DNA of 64,000 nucleotides from an uncultured Christensenella sp. (GCA_949284695.1 CASDWJ010000029.1:25076-89075), one strand, 5' to 3'. Shown: positions 19,245-29,286, counted from the first letter of the stretch. A program made the numbers and translations. The notes: a model not told the origin generated them from the letters alone.

Positions 19245-19315
19245 ATTCACCTCACACGATACCGCCATTATACAACGGGAGCGCGCGCGTAAAACCGCTT
19301 ATTTTGCCGAAAGAG

Positions 19316-19349
19316 CGAAAAAAAAAGAAGAACTCCCTTGCGGGAGTCC
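19316..19349 (-). terminator. terminator after the mreB-like gene
   Basis: On the minus strand: GGACTCCC-GCAA-GGGAGTTC followed by TTCTTTTTTTTT. Confidence 0.7.
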
Positions 19350-19371
19350 GTCAACGCGTCTGAAAAGCGTA

Positions 19372-20382
19372 TCAGCCGTCGAGACCTTTGACGTTGAGAA
19401 GTCTCGCAAGCGACGCCTTGTCTGTAAAGAAGCGGCTCGCGCCCAGCGCGACGGCGTTCTCGGGCATATCGGGCACCCTGACCTTGAGCTGGAGCTGAGC
19501 GGAAATATAGTCTGCGAGTCCCGGGATATACGCGCTCCCACCGCAGAGCGTGAGGCCGTTCTCGTAGATCTCCTGAGCTATCCCCTCCGGGATCTGGAAA
19601 GAATAGTTGTAAGCGACCTCGACGATCTTGTCGATGACCGTGCATATCGCCTGCTTGAGCTCGCTCGCGACAAGCCTGACGCTTACGTTTTCTTCGCCGT
19701 GCAGAGCCTCGGTGTTGACTATCATCGGCGAATTGTCGTTGTCGTACATGCTCGCGATCTGGCGCTTGACCTTCTCTGCCGAGGACGGTTTTATCTTGCA
19801 CCTTCTCGTGTCTATGACGTAGTCGATTATCGCCTGATTGATGGAGTCGCCGCCGATATTTATACTGCATCCCGCGACGATGCCGTTCCTGTCTATTATC
19901 GCGATCTCGGTCTTGGAACCGCCGATATCCATGATAAAACTGCTGTTCTGCCCGCTGAGCCCCTGCGCGACCGCGAGAGGAGACTCGAGCACGAGCACTT
20001 CGCTTGCGCCCGCCTTGAGCAAAACCTTTTCCACATCCTTTTTCTCAATGTTGTTGAGACCGCACGAAACGCATGCGATGATCTTGACCTTGGGCGAAAT
20101 GAGCGAACTGCCGACCGCGCGGTTGATGAAATCGCGATACATAAGCACGGCGGCGCGCTCGTGAAAGATCGCTCCCTCCTTGATGGGAAAGAGTATCTGA
20201 AAGTCGTAACGGCGGGTATTCATCAGTCTCTGAGCGTTCTTGCCGCTCTCGAGAAGCGCCATCTTGTTGTGTTTGTTGTTGATGGCGACGACGCTCGGCT
20301 CCTGTATGATAAGACCGACGTCCTTTTTGAATATCGTCGTGACCTTGCTGCCTATATCGATAACGAGTTCTACGGTTCCCAT
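19372..20382 (-). CDS. mreB: MreB/Mbl-like actin-family protein (divergent)
   Basis: Actin-fold phosphate motifs VIDIGSKVTT, FIMDIGGSKTEIAII and LCGGSAYIPGL. QEPSVVAI resembles MreB. Confidence 0.75.
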   Translation of the reverse strand: MGTVELVIDIGSKVTTIFKKDVGLIIQEPSVVAINNKHNKMALLESGKNAQRLMNTRRYDFQILFPIKEGAIFHERAAVLMYRDFINRAVGSSLISPKVKIIACVSCGLNNIEKKDVEKVLLKAGASEVLVLESPLAVAQGLSGQNSSFIMDIGGSKTEIAIIDRNGIVAGCSINIGGDSINQAIIDYVIDTRRCKIKPSSAEKVKRQIASMYDNDNSPMIVNTEALHGEENVSVRLVASELKQAICTVIDKIVEVAYNYSFQIPEGIAQEIYENGLTLCGGSAYIPGLADYISAQLQLKVRVPDMPENAVALGASRFFTDKASLARLLNVKGLDG

Positions 20383-20383
20383 T

Positions 20384-20938
20384 TCAATCTCCGAGTATTT
20401 GTGCGAGCCTTCCGAGCGGAAGCCCGACGACGTTGTCTCTGTCTCCGATAACGCGTTTTACCACGCCTTCGTCCTGTATGCCGTATGCGCCCGCCTTGTC
20501 GAGAGGCGACCCGCTTTTTACGTATGCTTCGATAAAATCTTCGCCGAGGGCGTTGAATTCTACCTCAGACCTGCAATAATAACTTTCTTGGCGGCATTGC
20601 CCGTCCGCGCCCTTCTTTATCACGCAGACGCCCGTGTATACGCCGTGTTTTTTGCCCGAAAGCATTCTGAGAAATTCTGCCGCCTCTTTTTCGTCGCGGG
20701 GCTTGTTGAGCACCCTGCCGCGGAAGTACACTATCGTATCCGCCGCCACTACGGTATCTCCCGCCTTTGCGCCTTCGGCAACGCTCGCCGCCTTGCGCTC
20801 TGCAAGATCGACGACGTACAGATGCGGGCGTTTGTACGGGGTCTTTTCGTCCGTCCCGCTCGGTCTTACTTCAAAATCGCGCGCTATACGCGACAAAAGT
20901 TCTCTCCTTCTCGGAGAAGCGGACGCGAGAATTATCAT
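20384..20938 (-). CDS. maf: Maf-like nucleoside triphosphate pyrophosphatase
   Basis: MIILASASPRRRELL... and AGAYGIQD motifs. Confidence 0.85.
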   Translation of the reverse strand: MIILASASPRRRELLSRIARDFEVRPSGTDEKTPYKRPHLYVVDLAERKAASVAEGAKAGDTVVAADTIVYFRGRVLNKPRDEKEAAEFLRMLSGKKHGVYTGVCVIKKGADGQCRQESYYCRSEVEFNALGEDFIEAYVKSGSPLDKAGAYGIQDEGVVKRVIGDRDNVVGLPLGRLAQILGD

Positions 20939-23334
20939 TCGGTTGCGTCACCGCTATCCGACAGCGCGGATCCGTCTGTCTCCCCGGCTGCCTTCTCAGC
21001 GTTTGCCGAAGCCTTTGCCTCTGCCTTGGCTGCTTTGGCTTTGCTCTTTTTAGTATAGGAGTTGTCCCAATGCCCGTCGGCGCCCGCCTTGTAATGTTTC
21101 AGGTGTTTGAGAGCCTTTTTCTTCTTGCTGTCTCCGTCCTCGGAAAGGGCGAGCTTTGCATAATACAAAGACGCCTTGTCGCCGTCCGCCATGACGATCT
21201 TGCCTCTCTCGTAACTGCGTGCGACTTCGTAAGCGTATGCGAGGTCTCCCGTCAGCAGAGCGAGCTCTTTGTAGTGGAGCGCTTTTGCGGAATCCGCCGT
21301 GCCCTTGGTCGAATAATACTTGATGAGCCAGGTGCACGCCTTTCTGTAACCTGCGTCTGCGGCGCGCGTGATGAGTGCGAGCCCCTGCGTCTTGTCCTCC
21401 GGATAGACGATGCCCGCGCTCAGCATAAAGCCCTTCATGTAGATGCCGTTTATGCAACCTCTCTTGCAGGATTCTTCGATGAGATCGACCGCCTTGGTCT
21501 CGTCCTTTGCCACGCCTTTACCGGACAGATAGCAGTCTGCGAGATATGCAAGCGCCTCTCCGTCTCCTTTCTGCACCGCCTCGTTGAAGAAATATGCGCT
21601 CTTTTTCTCGTCGGTATTGTAACCCTTACCCTCTTTGCTGAACGCAATGCCGAGCTTGGTATAAGCCGATACGTATCCGAGACTTGCTGATTTTTCAAAG
21701 AATTTGACGGCGAGCTTTGTGTCTTTTCTGAAATACTTGCCGACGGAGTGCCCGAGACCGAGATAATAAGGCGCGATCGGATTGCCTTCTTTTGCGGCGG
21801 CATTGAGATACTGCTTGGCGAGTATCATATCTTTTTTGGCGCCTATGCCGAACATATATCTGTAGCCGACCTCAAGAAGCGCGTCGGTATAGCCGCTCGT
21901 TGCCGAAAGTTTAAAATATTCGAACGCTTTTTTCCTGCTTATCTCAACGCCTATGCCCTGCTCGTAGCAACGCGCAAGACCGTAACAGCCTCTTGCGCTT
22001 CCCGTTTCTGCCGCGCGCTTGAAATAATAGAACGCCGCGCCCTCGTCTCTCGCGACGATACCGCCCGCGTCGCTGATGATGCCCATCTTGACGAGCGCGG
22101 CGGGATAATCCGTCTGCGCCGCTCTGAAAAAGCAGTCGACGGCAATCTGGCTGTCGCCGTTCTTTTCAGCCAGCAGACCGCGTCTGTAAAGCGCGGGAGC
22201 GTATGCCGCGTCCGCCGCCTGTTCCATAAGCGCTTCGCCTTTATCGACGTCTTTTCTGACGTGGATACCGTTGTAATACATCTGTCCGACGACGTATTTG
22301 CCCGCATTGCTTCCTCTCGAAGCCGCCTTGCTGAAATATTTGAAGGACAGTCTCATGTTCTTTCTGACGTAGGGTTTGCCGTCGTAGAGGAAATATCCCA
22401 TTATGCACAGACAGTCGGGGTCGTTGAGCTTGACCCCCTTCTGCACCCATTTGTACGACTTTACCGCGCTCGGCTTTGTGCCTATGCCGAAACGGTAACA
22501 TCTCGCAACTTCTGAATACGCCTTTACGTGGCCGCCTTTGGCAAGCTGAAGATAGAGATCGAACGCCGCTTTTTCGTCCTTATCCATGCCGAGACCGCGC
22601 TGCATGCAGAACGCGAGGTTGAACATCGCGACCTCATTGCCCTGAGACGCGGATTTTTTGAACCAGTAGACCGCTTTGGGAAGATTTTGTTTTACTGCGT
22701 CGCCCTTGAGAAAACAGAGCGCGAGATAGCATTGAGCGTCTGAATCGCCCTGCTTTGCCGCCGGCACAAGATAGTGACCTGCAAGAAACGGGTTTTTCTG
22801 CGTGCCGTATCCGTTCTGATAGCAATAAGCAAGGCTGTATTTTGCCTTTTCGTGACCTTTCTTCGCAAGTTCGGTATAAAGAGCGACCGCCTGAGCCTCG
22901 TCTTTTGCCACTCCCTCTCCGTTGAGATAGAGATCCGCTATGCCCATCTTTGCGTCGGCATTGCCGAGTTCTTTCGCCTCTTTGTAGAGGTTCATCGCGC
23001 CTTCGGGGTTCTTTTTGCAGCCGAGACCTCTGCGGTAGAGATCTGCAAGTTTGACCATCGCCTTTGCGTTGCCGTTCCTCGCCGCCGCGTCGTAGCACTT
23101 CCTCGCTTTGACGTAATCGTTCTTGACTCCGAGCCCCTTCTCGTACATTCTGCCGAGGTAATATCTGCAATTGCTGTCCGCAATACCGCCCGAAGCCGCT
23201 TTATCCATCCAGTAGAACGCCTTTTTGTAATCGCGTGCTACTCCGTCGCCGTTGAAATACATAACTCCCAATTTATAGCACAGAGCCACGTCTTTCTTTG
23301 CTCTTTTCTCCAAGTCCTTGATATTCTCAGTCAT
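20935..23334 (-). CDS. large Sel1-like repeat (SLR) protein with Lys/Ala-rich C-terminal tail
   Basis: About 20 tandem units of about 36 aa with the SLR signature (e.g. KAFYWMDKAASGG, KARKCYDAAARNGNAKAMVKLADLY..GLG). I prefer the start at 23334 (GGAGTGGG RBS). The stop overlaps the maf start (ATGA). Confidence 0.8.
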   Translation of the reverse strand: MTENIKDLEKRAKKDVALCYKLGVMYFNGDGVARDYKKAFYWMDKAASGGIADSNCRYYLGRMYEKGLGVKNDYVKARKCYDAAARNGNAKAMVKLADLYRRGLGCKKNPEGAMNLYKEAKELGNADAKMGIADLYLNGEGVAKDEAQAVALYTELAKKGHEKAKYSLAYCYQNGYGTQKNPFLAGHYLVPAAKQGDSDAQCYLALCFLKGDAVKQNLPKAVYWFKKSASQGNEVAMFNLAFCMQRGLGMDKDEKAAFDLYLQLAKGGHVKAYSEVARCYRFGIGTKPSAVKSYKWVQKGVKLNDPDCLCIMGYFLYDGKPYVRKNMRLSFKYFSKAASRGSNAGKYVVGQMYYNGIHVRKDVDKGEALMEQAADAAYAPALYRRGLLAEKNGDSQIAVDCFFRAAQTDYPAALVKMGIISDAGGIVARDEGAAFYYFKRAAETGSARGCYGLARCYEQGIGVEISRKKAFEYFKLSATSGYTDALLEVGYRYMFGIGAKKDMILAKQYLNAAAKEGNPIAPYYLGLGHSVGKYFRKDTKLAVKFFEKSASLGYVSAYTKLGIAFSKEGKGYNTDEKKSAYFFNEAVQKGDGEALAYLADCYLSGKGVAKDETKAVDLIEESCKRGCINGIYMKGFMLSAGIVYPEDKTQGLALITRAADAGYRKACTWLIKYYSTKGTADSAKALHYKELALLTGDLAYAYEVARSYERGKIVMADGDKASLYYAKLALSEDGDSKKKKALKHLKHYKAGADGHWDNSYTKKSKAKAAKAEAKASANAEKAAGETDGSALSDSGDATE

Positions 23335-23528
23335 AATACCCACTCCGTCGGATTCCCCGAGGACTCCTCTTTCCTCAGGGTACACCTATAATATTATCAT
23401 TTTAGCATAATACACGTGCGTTTACAAGCATATTTTCGCACAACTTGAACGCAAAAAAACAGCGCGACCGCTCAGACCGTGTCTGCGCAGTCAGAAAAAC
23501 GCGTATTTTGCCGCAATTTATACAACAC

Positions 23529-23554
23529 AAAAAAAGCGAAGGCTTTCGCCTCCG
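23529..23554 (-). terminator. terminator of the ppx-like gene
   Basis: On the minus strand: GGAGGC-GAAA-GCCTTC followed by GCTTTTTTT. Confidence 0.65.
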
Positions 23555-23564
23555 CCCGTGTTTT

Positions 23565-25082
23565 TTACAGTATCTGCAATTGTTTTTTGTACGCCCGCTT
23601 GAAATCCTGTATGCTCGTCATCGCGTCCTTGATCTCGAGCGAACACTCTGCGCCTTCGCTGTCCGTCTTCATTATGACGCTGTCTCCGAGCACGTCGCAG
23701 GTGATCGTCTTTATCACGCCGCTCATGCTTCTGTCGAGGCTTTCCGCTATCCGCACTATAACGCCCAGCTTGAACACCGCGTCCACGTCCTCCTCTGTCA
23801 GCATCTCGCGGTAACGCATGAATTCAGACATATTGACGTCGCCCTTTCTGTGCATGCACGCCATAAACGCCGCCATGACCAGATCCTTGTGCGATATGCC
23901 GTAAAGGTTGCTGTTGAGGATAATATAGCAGGAGTGCTTGTGGTGGTCGTAATACTTGATACGGTTGCCTGAGTCGTGAAGCATCGCCGCCGTGCGCAAC
24001 ACCTTGACGTATGCCCTCGGGAGCTTGTGCAACACCTTGAGCTGTTTGAAAAGCTGTATCGAAAGGTTGTATACGTGCTCCGCGTGCGGGATATTCTCTC
24101 CGAAGAAGTTGAGCAACGAATAAATGCTGTGCCCCAGCACGTCTGATATCGGTTTTTCGTTGGTGGACGGCACCGCGTACTTGAACATCGCGCCCTCTCT
24201 CAAACCGCTGCCTGAAATGACGAGTTCTTCGAGATTGAGATAATTGATGACGCTCTTTATCGCGGCGAGCGCAGACGGGAAAATGTCTGCTCTCACGCTC
24301 GAAAGTCCCTTTATCTTCATCGTCTTGTCGAGATCGAGGTTCTTAATATTCCCGTAAATGCCGTTGAATTCCTGGTTGGTGACGACGTAGTTGTGCGCCA
24401 TCGACAGCGGGTATTTCTTGAGCATACGGCTGATCTTGCCGAGGTTGCGGAAGGAGCCGCCAACGCCGACCAGCTTGGTATCGGGAAGGATCTCTGCCAT
24501 CCACGGCACGTTCCTGAGCTGCTCGGTCACGTAGTCCTCTATCATCTTGTTCCTTTCCTGAGGAGAAATGCCCGGCTTGGAGAACATCTCGGTCAGAACG
24601 ACCGCGCCGAAAGGAAGGGTGATGTGCTGCAAAAGGTTCTTCCTGTTGTAATAGACGAACTGGGTACTGCCGCCGCCGATATCCATGATTATGCCGCGCG
24701 GGATATCCATAGAATTGATCACGCCCTGATATACGAGCTGAGCTTCTTCGTCGTCGTCGAGAACTTTGAGTTTGATGCCCGTGGTAGCGAGCACTTCGTC
24801 GAGGAAGCCTCTCTGATTCTTAGCCCTTCTGACCGCCGCCGTTGCGTAAGCGTAAATTTTTTCAACCTTGTTAGCGTCGCAGAGCCTCCTGAACATCTTG
24901 AGAGTCTTTATCGTCTGTGCGACTCTTGCGGGCTGCAAAAAGCCGTCAAGCTCCATATCCTGTGCGAGCCTCACGGTTTCTTTCAACTCGTCGACTACCG
25001 AAAAATAACCTCCTTCGAGTATGTCGACAAGCACCAGTCTCAGCGAATTGGAGCCGAGATCGATTATCGCAATTTTTTCCAT
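23565..25082 (-). CDS. ppx: Ppx/GppA-family phosphatase with C-terminal HD domain
   Basis: IIDLGSNSLRLV and DIGGGSTQ actin-like ATPase motifs. LHDSGN...HHKHS marks the HD region. Confidence 0.85.
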   Translation of the reverse strand: MEKIAIIDLGSNSLRLVLVDILEGGYFSVVDELKETVRLAQDMELDGFLQPARVAQTIKTLKMFRRLCDANKVEKIYAYATAAVRRAKNQRGFLDEVLATTGIKLKVLDDDEEAQLVYQGVINSMDIPRGIIMDIGGGSTQFVYYNRKNLLQHITLPFGAVVLTEMFSKPGISPQERNKMIEDYVTEQLRNVPWMAEILPDTKLVGVGGSFRNLGKISRMLKKYPLSMAHNYVVTNQEFNGIYGNIKNLDLDKTMKIKGLSSVRADIFPSALAAIKSVINYLNLEELVISGSGLREGAMFKYAVPSTNEKPISDVLGHSIYSLLNFFGENIPHAEHVYNLSIQLFKQLKVLHKLPRAYVKVLRTAAMLHDSGNRIKYYDHHKHSCYIILNSNLYGISHKDLVMAAFMACMHRKGDVNMSEFMRYREMLTEEDVDAVFKLGVIVRIAESLDRSMSGVIKTITCDVLGDSVIMKTDSEGAECSLEIKDAMTSIQDFKRAYKKQLQIL

Positions 25083-25445
25083 TTAATCTTATCCTCTGAT
25101 AAATTCGTTTTTTGACGACTAAATTATAGCACAAGAGTTGATTTTTGGCAATACCCAATATTCTGCCGCACGCACGCTTTATGCGCAGGCGCACGCGAAA
25201 TCGCCCGTTTTTTATAAAAAGCGCCGTCTCGCGCCGCAATATTTCTGAAAATTTACAACCGTCTTGTCTTCCTGCCGCGGACTGCCGCCCCGTATCGCCG
25301 CCCGAGCGCTCTCCCTCTGCGCCCGAACTTACTTCAACGCATCTCTGCCTCAGTAAAAAAACGACGCGGATTTTTCCTGCCCGTGTCGCTTTTCCCTATG
25401 CTGTGTAGTTTCGTCCGCACCGCGCTTTCCGACGGATTTAACCTT

Positions 25446-25961
25446 TCAGTTCCATCTCTCGTCGGTGCAGATCACAGGCTTTCCTTCGCGCAGGGTCGCC
25501 TGCACGTCGATCACCCTCTGATTGGACGAGCCTTTGAATTTTGCGTCATAGCATCTCTCGCTCTGCACGAAAGGTCCGTCCACGAGCACGTCGAGCTCTT
25601 TCATGAGATCGAGCGCGCCTTTCACCTTCCCTGCGAGCAGATCCTCGACGAGATAGCCCGTATAACACGCTACGTCGTCCACTCCGTTTTTTCTGAAGTC
25701 GGCGGCGAGCTCAGCAAGCGCCTCCGCCTGACACATCGGCTCTCCTCCGCTGAACGTCACGCCGCAGAGAAGCGGGTTCTGCAGTCCTTCTTCGAGAAGC
25801 TCACGTATGTCGACCTCTTTGCCGCCGCTAAAGTCGTGCGTCTGCGGGTTGTGACAGCCCTTGCAATTGTGCGGGCACCCCTGTACGAATATCGCGTACC
25901 TCAGCCCGGGTCCGTCGGTTATCGAATCGCTGACGGTGCCGGCTATCCTCAGCCTTGTCAT
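25446..25961 (-). CDS. nrdG: anaerobic ribonucleoside-triphosphate reductase activating protein
   Basis: DGPGLRYAIFVQGCPHNCKGCHNP radical-SAM activase motif. ATGA-coupled to nrdD. Confidence 0.9.
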   Translation of the reverse strand: MTRLRIAGTVSDSITDGPGLRYAIFVQGCPHNCKGCHNPQTHDFSGGKEVDIRELLEEGLQNPLLCGVTFSGGEPMCQAEALAELAADFRKNGVDDVACYTGYLVEDLLAGKVKGALDLMKELDVLVDGPFVQSERCYDAKFKGSSNQRVIDVQATLREGKPVICTDERWN

Positions 25962-28294
25962 TTATCCTCTTTGCCGAGGCCGTGTTTTACGCGGTCACGC
26001 TCCTCGGCGCGTTTTGCGTTGTTAAACCTGTCGAGAGTGCCGACGAGGTAACCCGTGATACGGCGGATCCTCTCGAACGCGACTCCGCTCTCGCCCTCTT
26101 TCCTGCCGCACTTGGGACAGCACTCGCCGATTATGCCGTTGTAGCCGCATACCGGGTCTCTGTCCACCGGGTGATTGATCGAGCCGTAGCCTACGCCAGC
26201 CTCTTTCATACATCTGACTATCTTCTCGAACGCCTCGACGTTGTTGGCGGTGTCACCGTCAAGCTCTACGTAGCTGATGTGTCCCGCATTGGTCAGCGCG
26301 TGGAAAGGAGCCTCTATCCTGATCTTGTCGAACGCGCGGATATTGTATCCTACGGGCACGTGGAACGAGTTGGTGTAATACTCCTTGTCCGTAACGCCCG
26401 GGATAACGCCGTATTTTTTCTTGTCTATCCTGACGAATCTGCCCGAAAGTCCCTCTGCCGGCGTCGCGATAAGACCGAAGTTGAGTCCCGTCTTCTGCGA
26501 CATTCTGTCGAGATATTCTCTCATAAAACGCACGATGTCCATGCCGAGGTTGAGCGACTCCTTGCTCTCGCCGTGGTGCTTGCCCGTAAGAGCGGTGAGC
26601 GTCTCGGCAAGACCGATGAAGCCCACGCTGAGCGTGCCGTGCTTGAGCACTTCGCCGACCTCGTCGTTGGGGCCGAGTTTGTCGGAATCTATCCAGACTC
26701 CCTGACCCATCAAGAAGGGGAAATTCCTGACCTTTTTCTTGGACTGGATCTTGAATCTGTCGAGAAGCTGCTGTACGACGAGATCCATCTTGCGTTCAAG
26801 CTCCTCGAAGAACCAGTCGACGTTGCCCTGGCTCTTGATCGCTATCCTCGGCAGGTTTATCGAAGTAAAGCTGAGGTTGCCTCTGCCGTAGGTTATCTCC
26901 CTCGAGGGGTCGTACACGTTGCCCATGACTCTGGTGCGGCAACCCATATACGCAATCTCCGTCTCGGGTCTGCCCGGCTTGTAATACTGCAGGTTGAACG
27001 GCGCGTCGATGAACGAGAAGTTGGGGAACAATCTCTTTGCGCTGACCTTGCATGCGAGCTTGAACAGATCGTAGTTGGGGTCGTTCTTGTTGTAGTTGAC
27101 GCCCTCTTTGACCTTGAAAATGTGGATAGGGAAGATGGGCGTTTCGCCGAAGCCGAGACCCGCTTCTTCGGCAAGCAGAATGTTTTTGATGACCATTCTG
27201 CCCTCGGGAGTGGTGTCCGTGCCGTAGTTGATAGAGCTGAACGGCGTCTGAGCGCCCGCGCGGGAGTGCATCGTGTTGAGGTTGTGGATCAACGCTTCCA
27301 TCGCCTGATAGGTAGCTCTGTCAGTCTCGCTCGCCGCCTTTTTGGTCGCGAACGCCTTGGCTTTCGCAAAGTCAGCCTCGGGGAAATCGGCAAAAGCCTC
27401 TTTCTCGGCTTTGTCGTATTCTTCGCTGCCCGCAAGGCAGGGATAAACGCCCTTTTCCTGCTCTATCTTCGCCACTCTCTTTTTCACGTCGTCGAGAGTG
27501 AGCGCGCTGTCGTCGATGAGCTCGAGCGCCTTGGTAAGGTTGGAGCAATACAGCCTCTTGTACGTCTTGACCACGCCCGGAGCGAGACCGTAATCGAAGT
27601 TGGGGATGCTCTGACCGCCGTGCTGGTCGTTCTGGTTGGACTGAATTGCTATGCAGGCGAGCGCCGCGTAGCTCTGGATATCGTTGGGCTCTCTGAGGAA
27701 GCCGTGTCCCGTGGAAAAACCGCCCTTGAACAGCTTGAGCAGGTCTATCTGACAGCAGGTCGTCGTCAGCGTGTAGAAGTCGAAGTCGTGAATGTGGATG
27801 TCGCCCTCTTTGTGCGCCTTGCTCTGCTCGGGAGGAAGAATGTATTTTTCGTAATAGTCCTTCGCGCCCTCACTGCCGTACTTGAGCATCGTGCCCATCG
27901 CGGTGTCGCCGTCGATATTGGCGTTGTCGCGCTTCATGTCGCTGTCGCCCGCGTCGGTAAAAGTAAGCTCGTTGTAAATGCGCATCAGCGCGGTGTTCAT
28001 TTCGCGCGACTTGGTACGCTCCGCACGGTAAAGGATATACTTCTTGGCGATGTACGCGTAACCGTTCTCCATCAGCACTTTTTCGACCATGTCCTGTATA
28101 TCCTCTATGGTCGGGCTCTTGGTCGTCTCGCCGTACTTTTCGACGAGTCTTTCTTCGACGAGGCGCGCCAGTCTCGCGCATTCCTGATCGTCCTTTCTTC
28201 CCGCCGAAGCCATTGCCTTGGATATCGCGGTCTGTATCTTGCTTATGTCGTAAGGTACTCTCCTGCCGTCTCTCTTGATGATGGTCTCAAACAT
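25958..28294 (-). CDS. nrdD: anaerobic ribonucleoside-triphosphate reductase
   Basis: N-terminal ATP-cone IIKRDGRRVPYDISKI. C-terminal Zn ribbon CCPKCG and glycyl-radical motif RRITGYLV. Confidence 0.95.
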   Translation of the reverse strand: MFETIIKRDGRRVPYDISKIQTAISKAMASAGRKDDQECARLARLVEERLVEKYGETTKSPTIEDIQDMVEKVLMENGYAYIAKKYILYRAERTKSREMNTALMRIYNELTFTDAGDSDMKRDNANIDGDTAMGTMLKYGSEGAKDYYEKYILPPEQSKAHKEGDIHIHDFDFYTLTTTCCQIDLLKLFKGGFSTGHGFLREPNDIQSYAALACIAIQSNQNDQHGGQSIPNFDYGLAPGVVKTYKRLYCSNLTKALELIDDSALTLDDVKKRVAKIEQEKGVYPCLAGSEEYDKAEKEAFADFPEADFAKAKAFATKKAASETDRATYQAMEALIHNLNTMHSRAGAQTPFSSINYGTDTTPEGRMVIKNILLAEEAGLGFGETPIFPIHIFKVKEGVNYNKNDPNYDLFKLACKVSAKRLFPNFSFIDAPFNLQYYKPGRPETEIAYMGCRTRVMGNVYDPSREITYGRGNLSFTSINLPRIAIKSQGNVDWFFEELERKMDLVVQQLLDRFKIQSKKKVRNFPFLMGQGVWIDSDKLGPNDEVGEVLKHGTLSVGFIGLAETLTALTGKHHGESKESLNLGMDIVRFMREYLDRMSQKTGLNFGLIATPAEGLSGRFVRIDKKKYGVIPGVTDKEYYTNSFHVPVGYNIRAFDKIRIEAPFHALTNAGHISYVELDGDTANNVEAFEKIVRCMKEAGVGYGSINHPVDRDPVCGYNGIIGECCPKCGRKEGESGVAFERIRRITGYLVGTLDRFNNAKRAEERDRVKHGLGKEDK

Positions 28295-28332
28295 GTTTCC
28301 TCCCGTGCGCGCCGTTTGCGTTTTTCTCTCTC

Positions 28333-28350
28333 ACCACAATATGTTGTGGT
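28333..28350. promoter_or_regulatory. putative NrdR box upstream of nrdD
   Basis: accACAAtATgTTGTggt is a near-perfect palindrome. It resembles the NrdR-box consensus acaCwAtATaTwGtgt and lies about 40 nt upstream of the nrdD ATG. I found only one box. Confidence 0.4.
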
Positions 28351-28605
28351 GTGCCGCGGCGCCGTTTACTTTATTTTGTATTTGCCTTATAAAGAATATC
28401 ACAAGCGGCATGCTCTGTCAACGACAAAAACGATAATAAAATCAAAATATTTTATGCGATTTTACTTGACAAATCGCGCGCCGTGTAGACGCGCTTTTCC
28501 GCAACTTTTTATTACTGCAATATACTGTTTGTTACAAGTCGGAAAAGTATTTTTAAGCAACCTTTACGCGGTCTGATCCCGATTGTAAAATTATGGAAAA
28601 CGCGG

Positions 28606-28635
28606 CGCAAAACAAAACGCCCTTGACGGGCGTTG
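28606..28635 (-). terminator. terminator of the LMW-PTP gene
   Basis: Stem aacgccc / gggcgtt. The minus-strand U-run comes from plus-strand aaaacaaaa. Confidence 0.6.
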
Positions 28636-28659
28636 ACGAGACCGCGCCTGCAACGGCGG

Positions 28660-29127
28660 TCACTCGCTTTTAATCTTGTCTGCGAGCTTTGTCAGAAAAC
28701 CTTTGATCAGATCCATCACCGCATAGTAATCGTCTATATTTTTCATCAGAAACGGGTCTGGAACGGTCGTATAATATCCGTCGACGTATTCGCTGAGCGT
28801 GACGAACTTCTTGTGATACCTGAGAGGAAGCGCGATCTTGTTCATCCGCGTCATGCCTATTATCAGGTCGGCTTCCCTGAACAAATAGCCGTCCCCCCAT
28901 TTGAACGCGGGTTTGTGCGCGGCGATCTCCTCCTCCGAAAACCCTTCGCGAAGAAGCGCGAGCCTTGCCTTGGGGTGTATCCTGAACGAGCGGTTGAATA
29001 CCGCGGCGCTCCTCACGCTCTCCACCTTTGCGGCGAGCGCGGGGTCTCCTTTCACCAGTCGGCGAAAAACGTATTCGCAGTACGGACTGCGGCATATATT
29101 GGACGAACAAACAAAAAGTATCTTCAT
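28660..29127 (-). CDS. low-molecular-weight protein-tyrosine phosphatase / ArsC-like
   Basis: 155 aa from the ATG at 29127. P-loop MKILFVCSSNICRS (C-X5-R-S). Confidence 0.8.
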   Translation of the reverse strand: MKILFVCSSNICRSPYCEYVFRRLVKGDPALAAKVESVRSAAVFNRSFRIHPKARLALLREGFSEEEIAAHKPAFKWGDGYLFREADLIIGMTRMNKIALPLRYHKKFVTLSEYVDGYYTTVPDPFLMKNIDDYYAVMDLIKGFLTKLADKIKSE

Positions 29128-29286
29128 ATATTGATTATATATTATAAGAGCGGTGCGGCGCAACACAATTTTTCAGACTGCCCGTTATTCTCACGATCTG
29201 CTGATGCGGGAAGCGAAAATTCTGACCGCCGGCGAGAAAATCCCCTGCGGTACGATCAGGACAAGCAAGCCGTCGCCTTTTCCCCG

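Noticed and set aside
19245-19371. Claiming that minC is absent from the organism.
   Set aside because: Only the local absence between mreB and minD is visible. The gene could lie elsewhere in the genome.
25955-28576. 873-aa plus-strand ORF.
   Set aside because: It is antisense to nrdD, which has the ATP-cone, Zn ribbon and glycyl-radical motif. It has no recognisable motifs.
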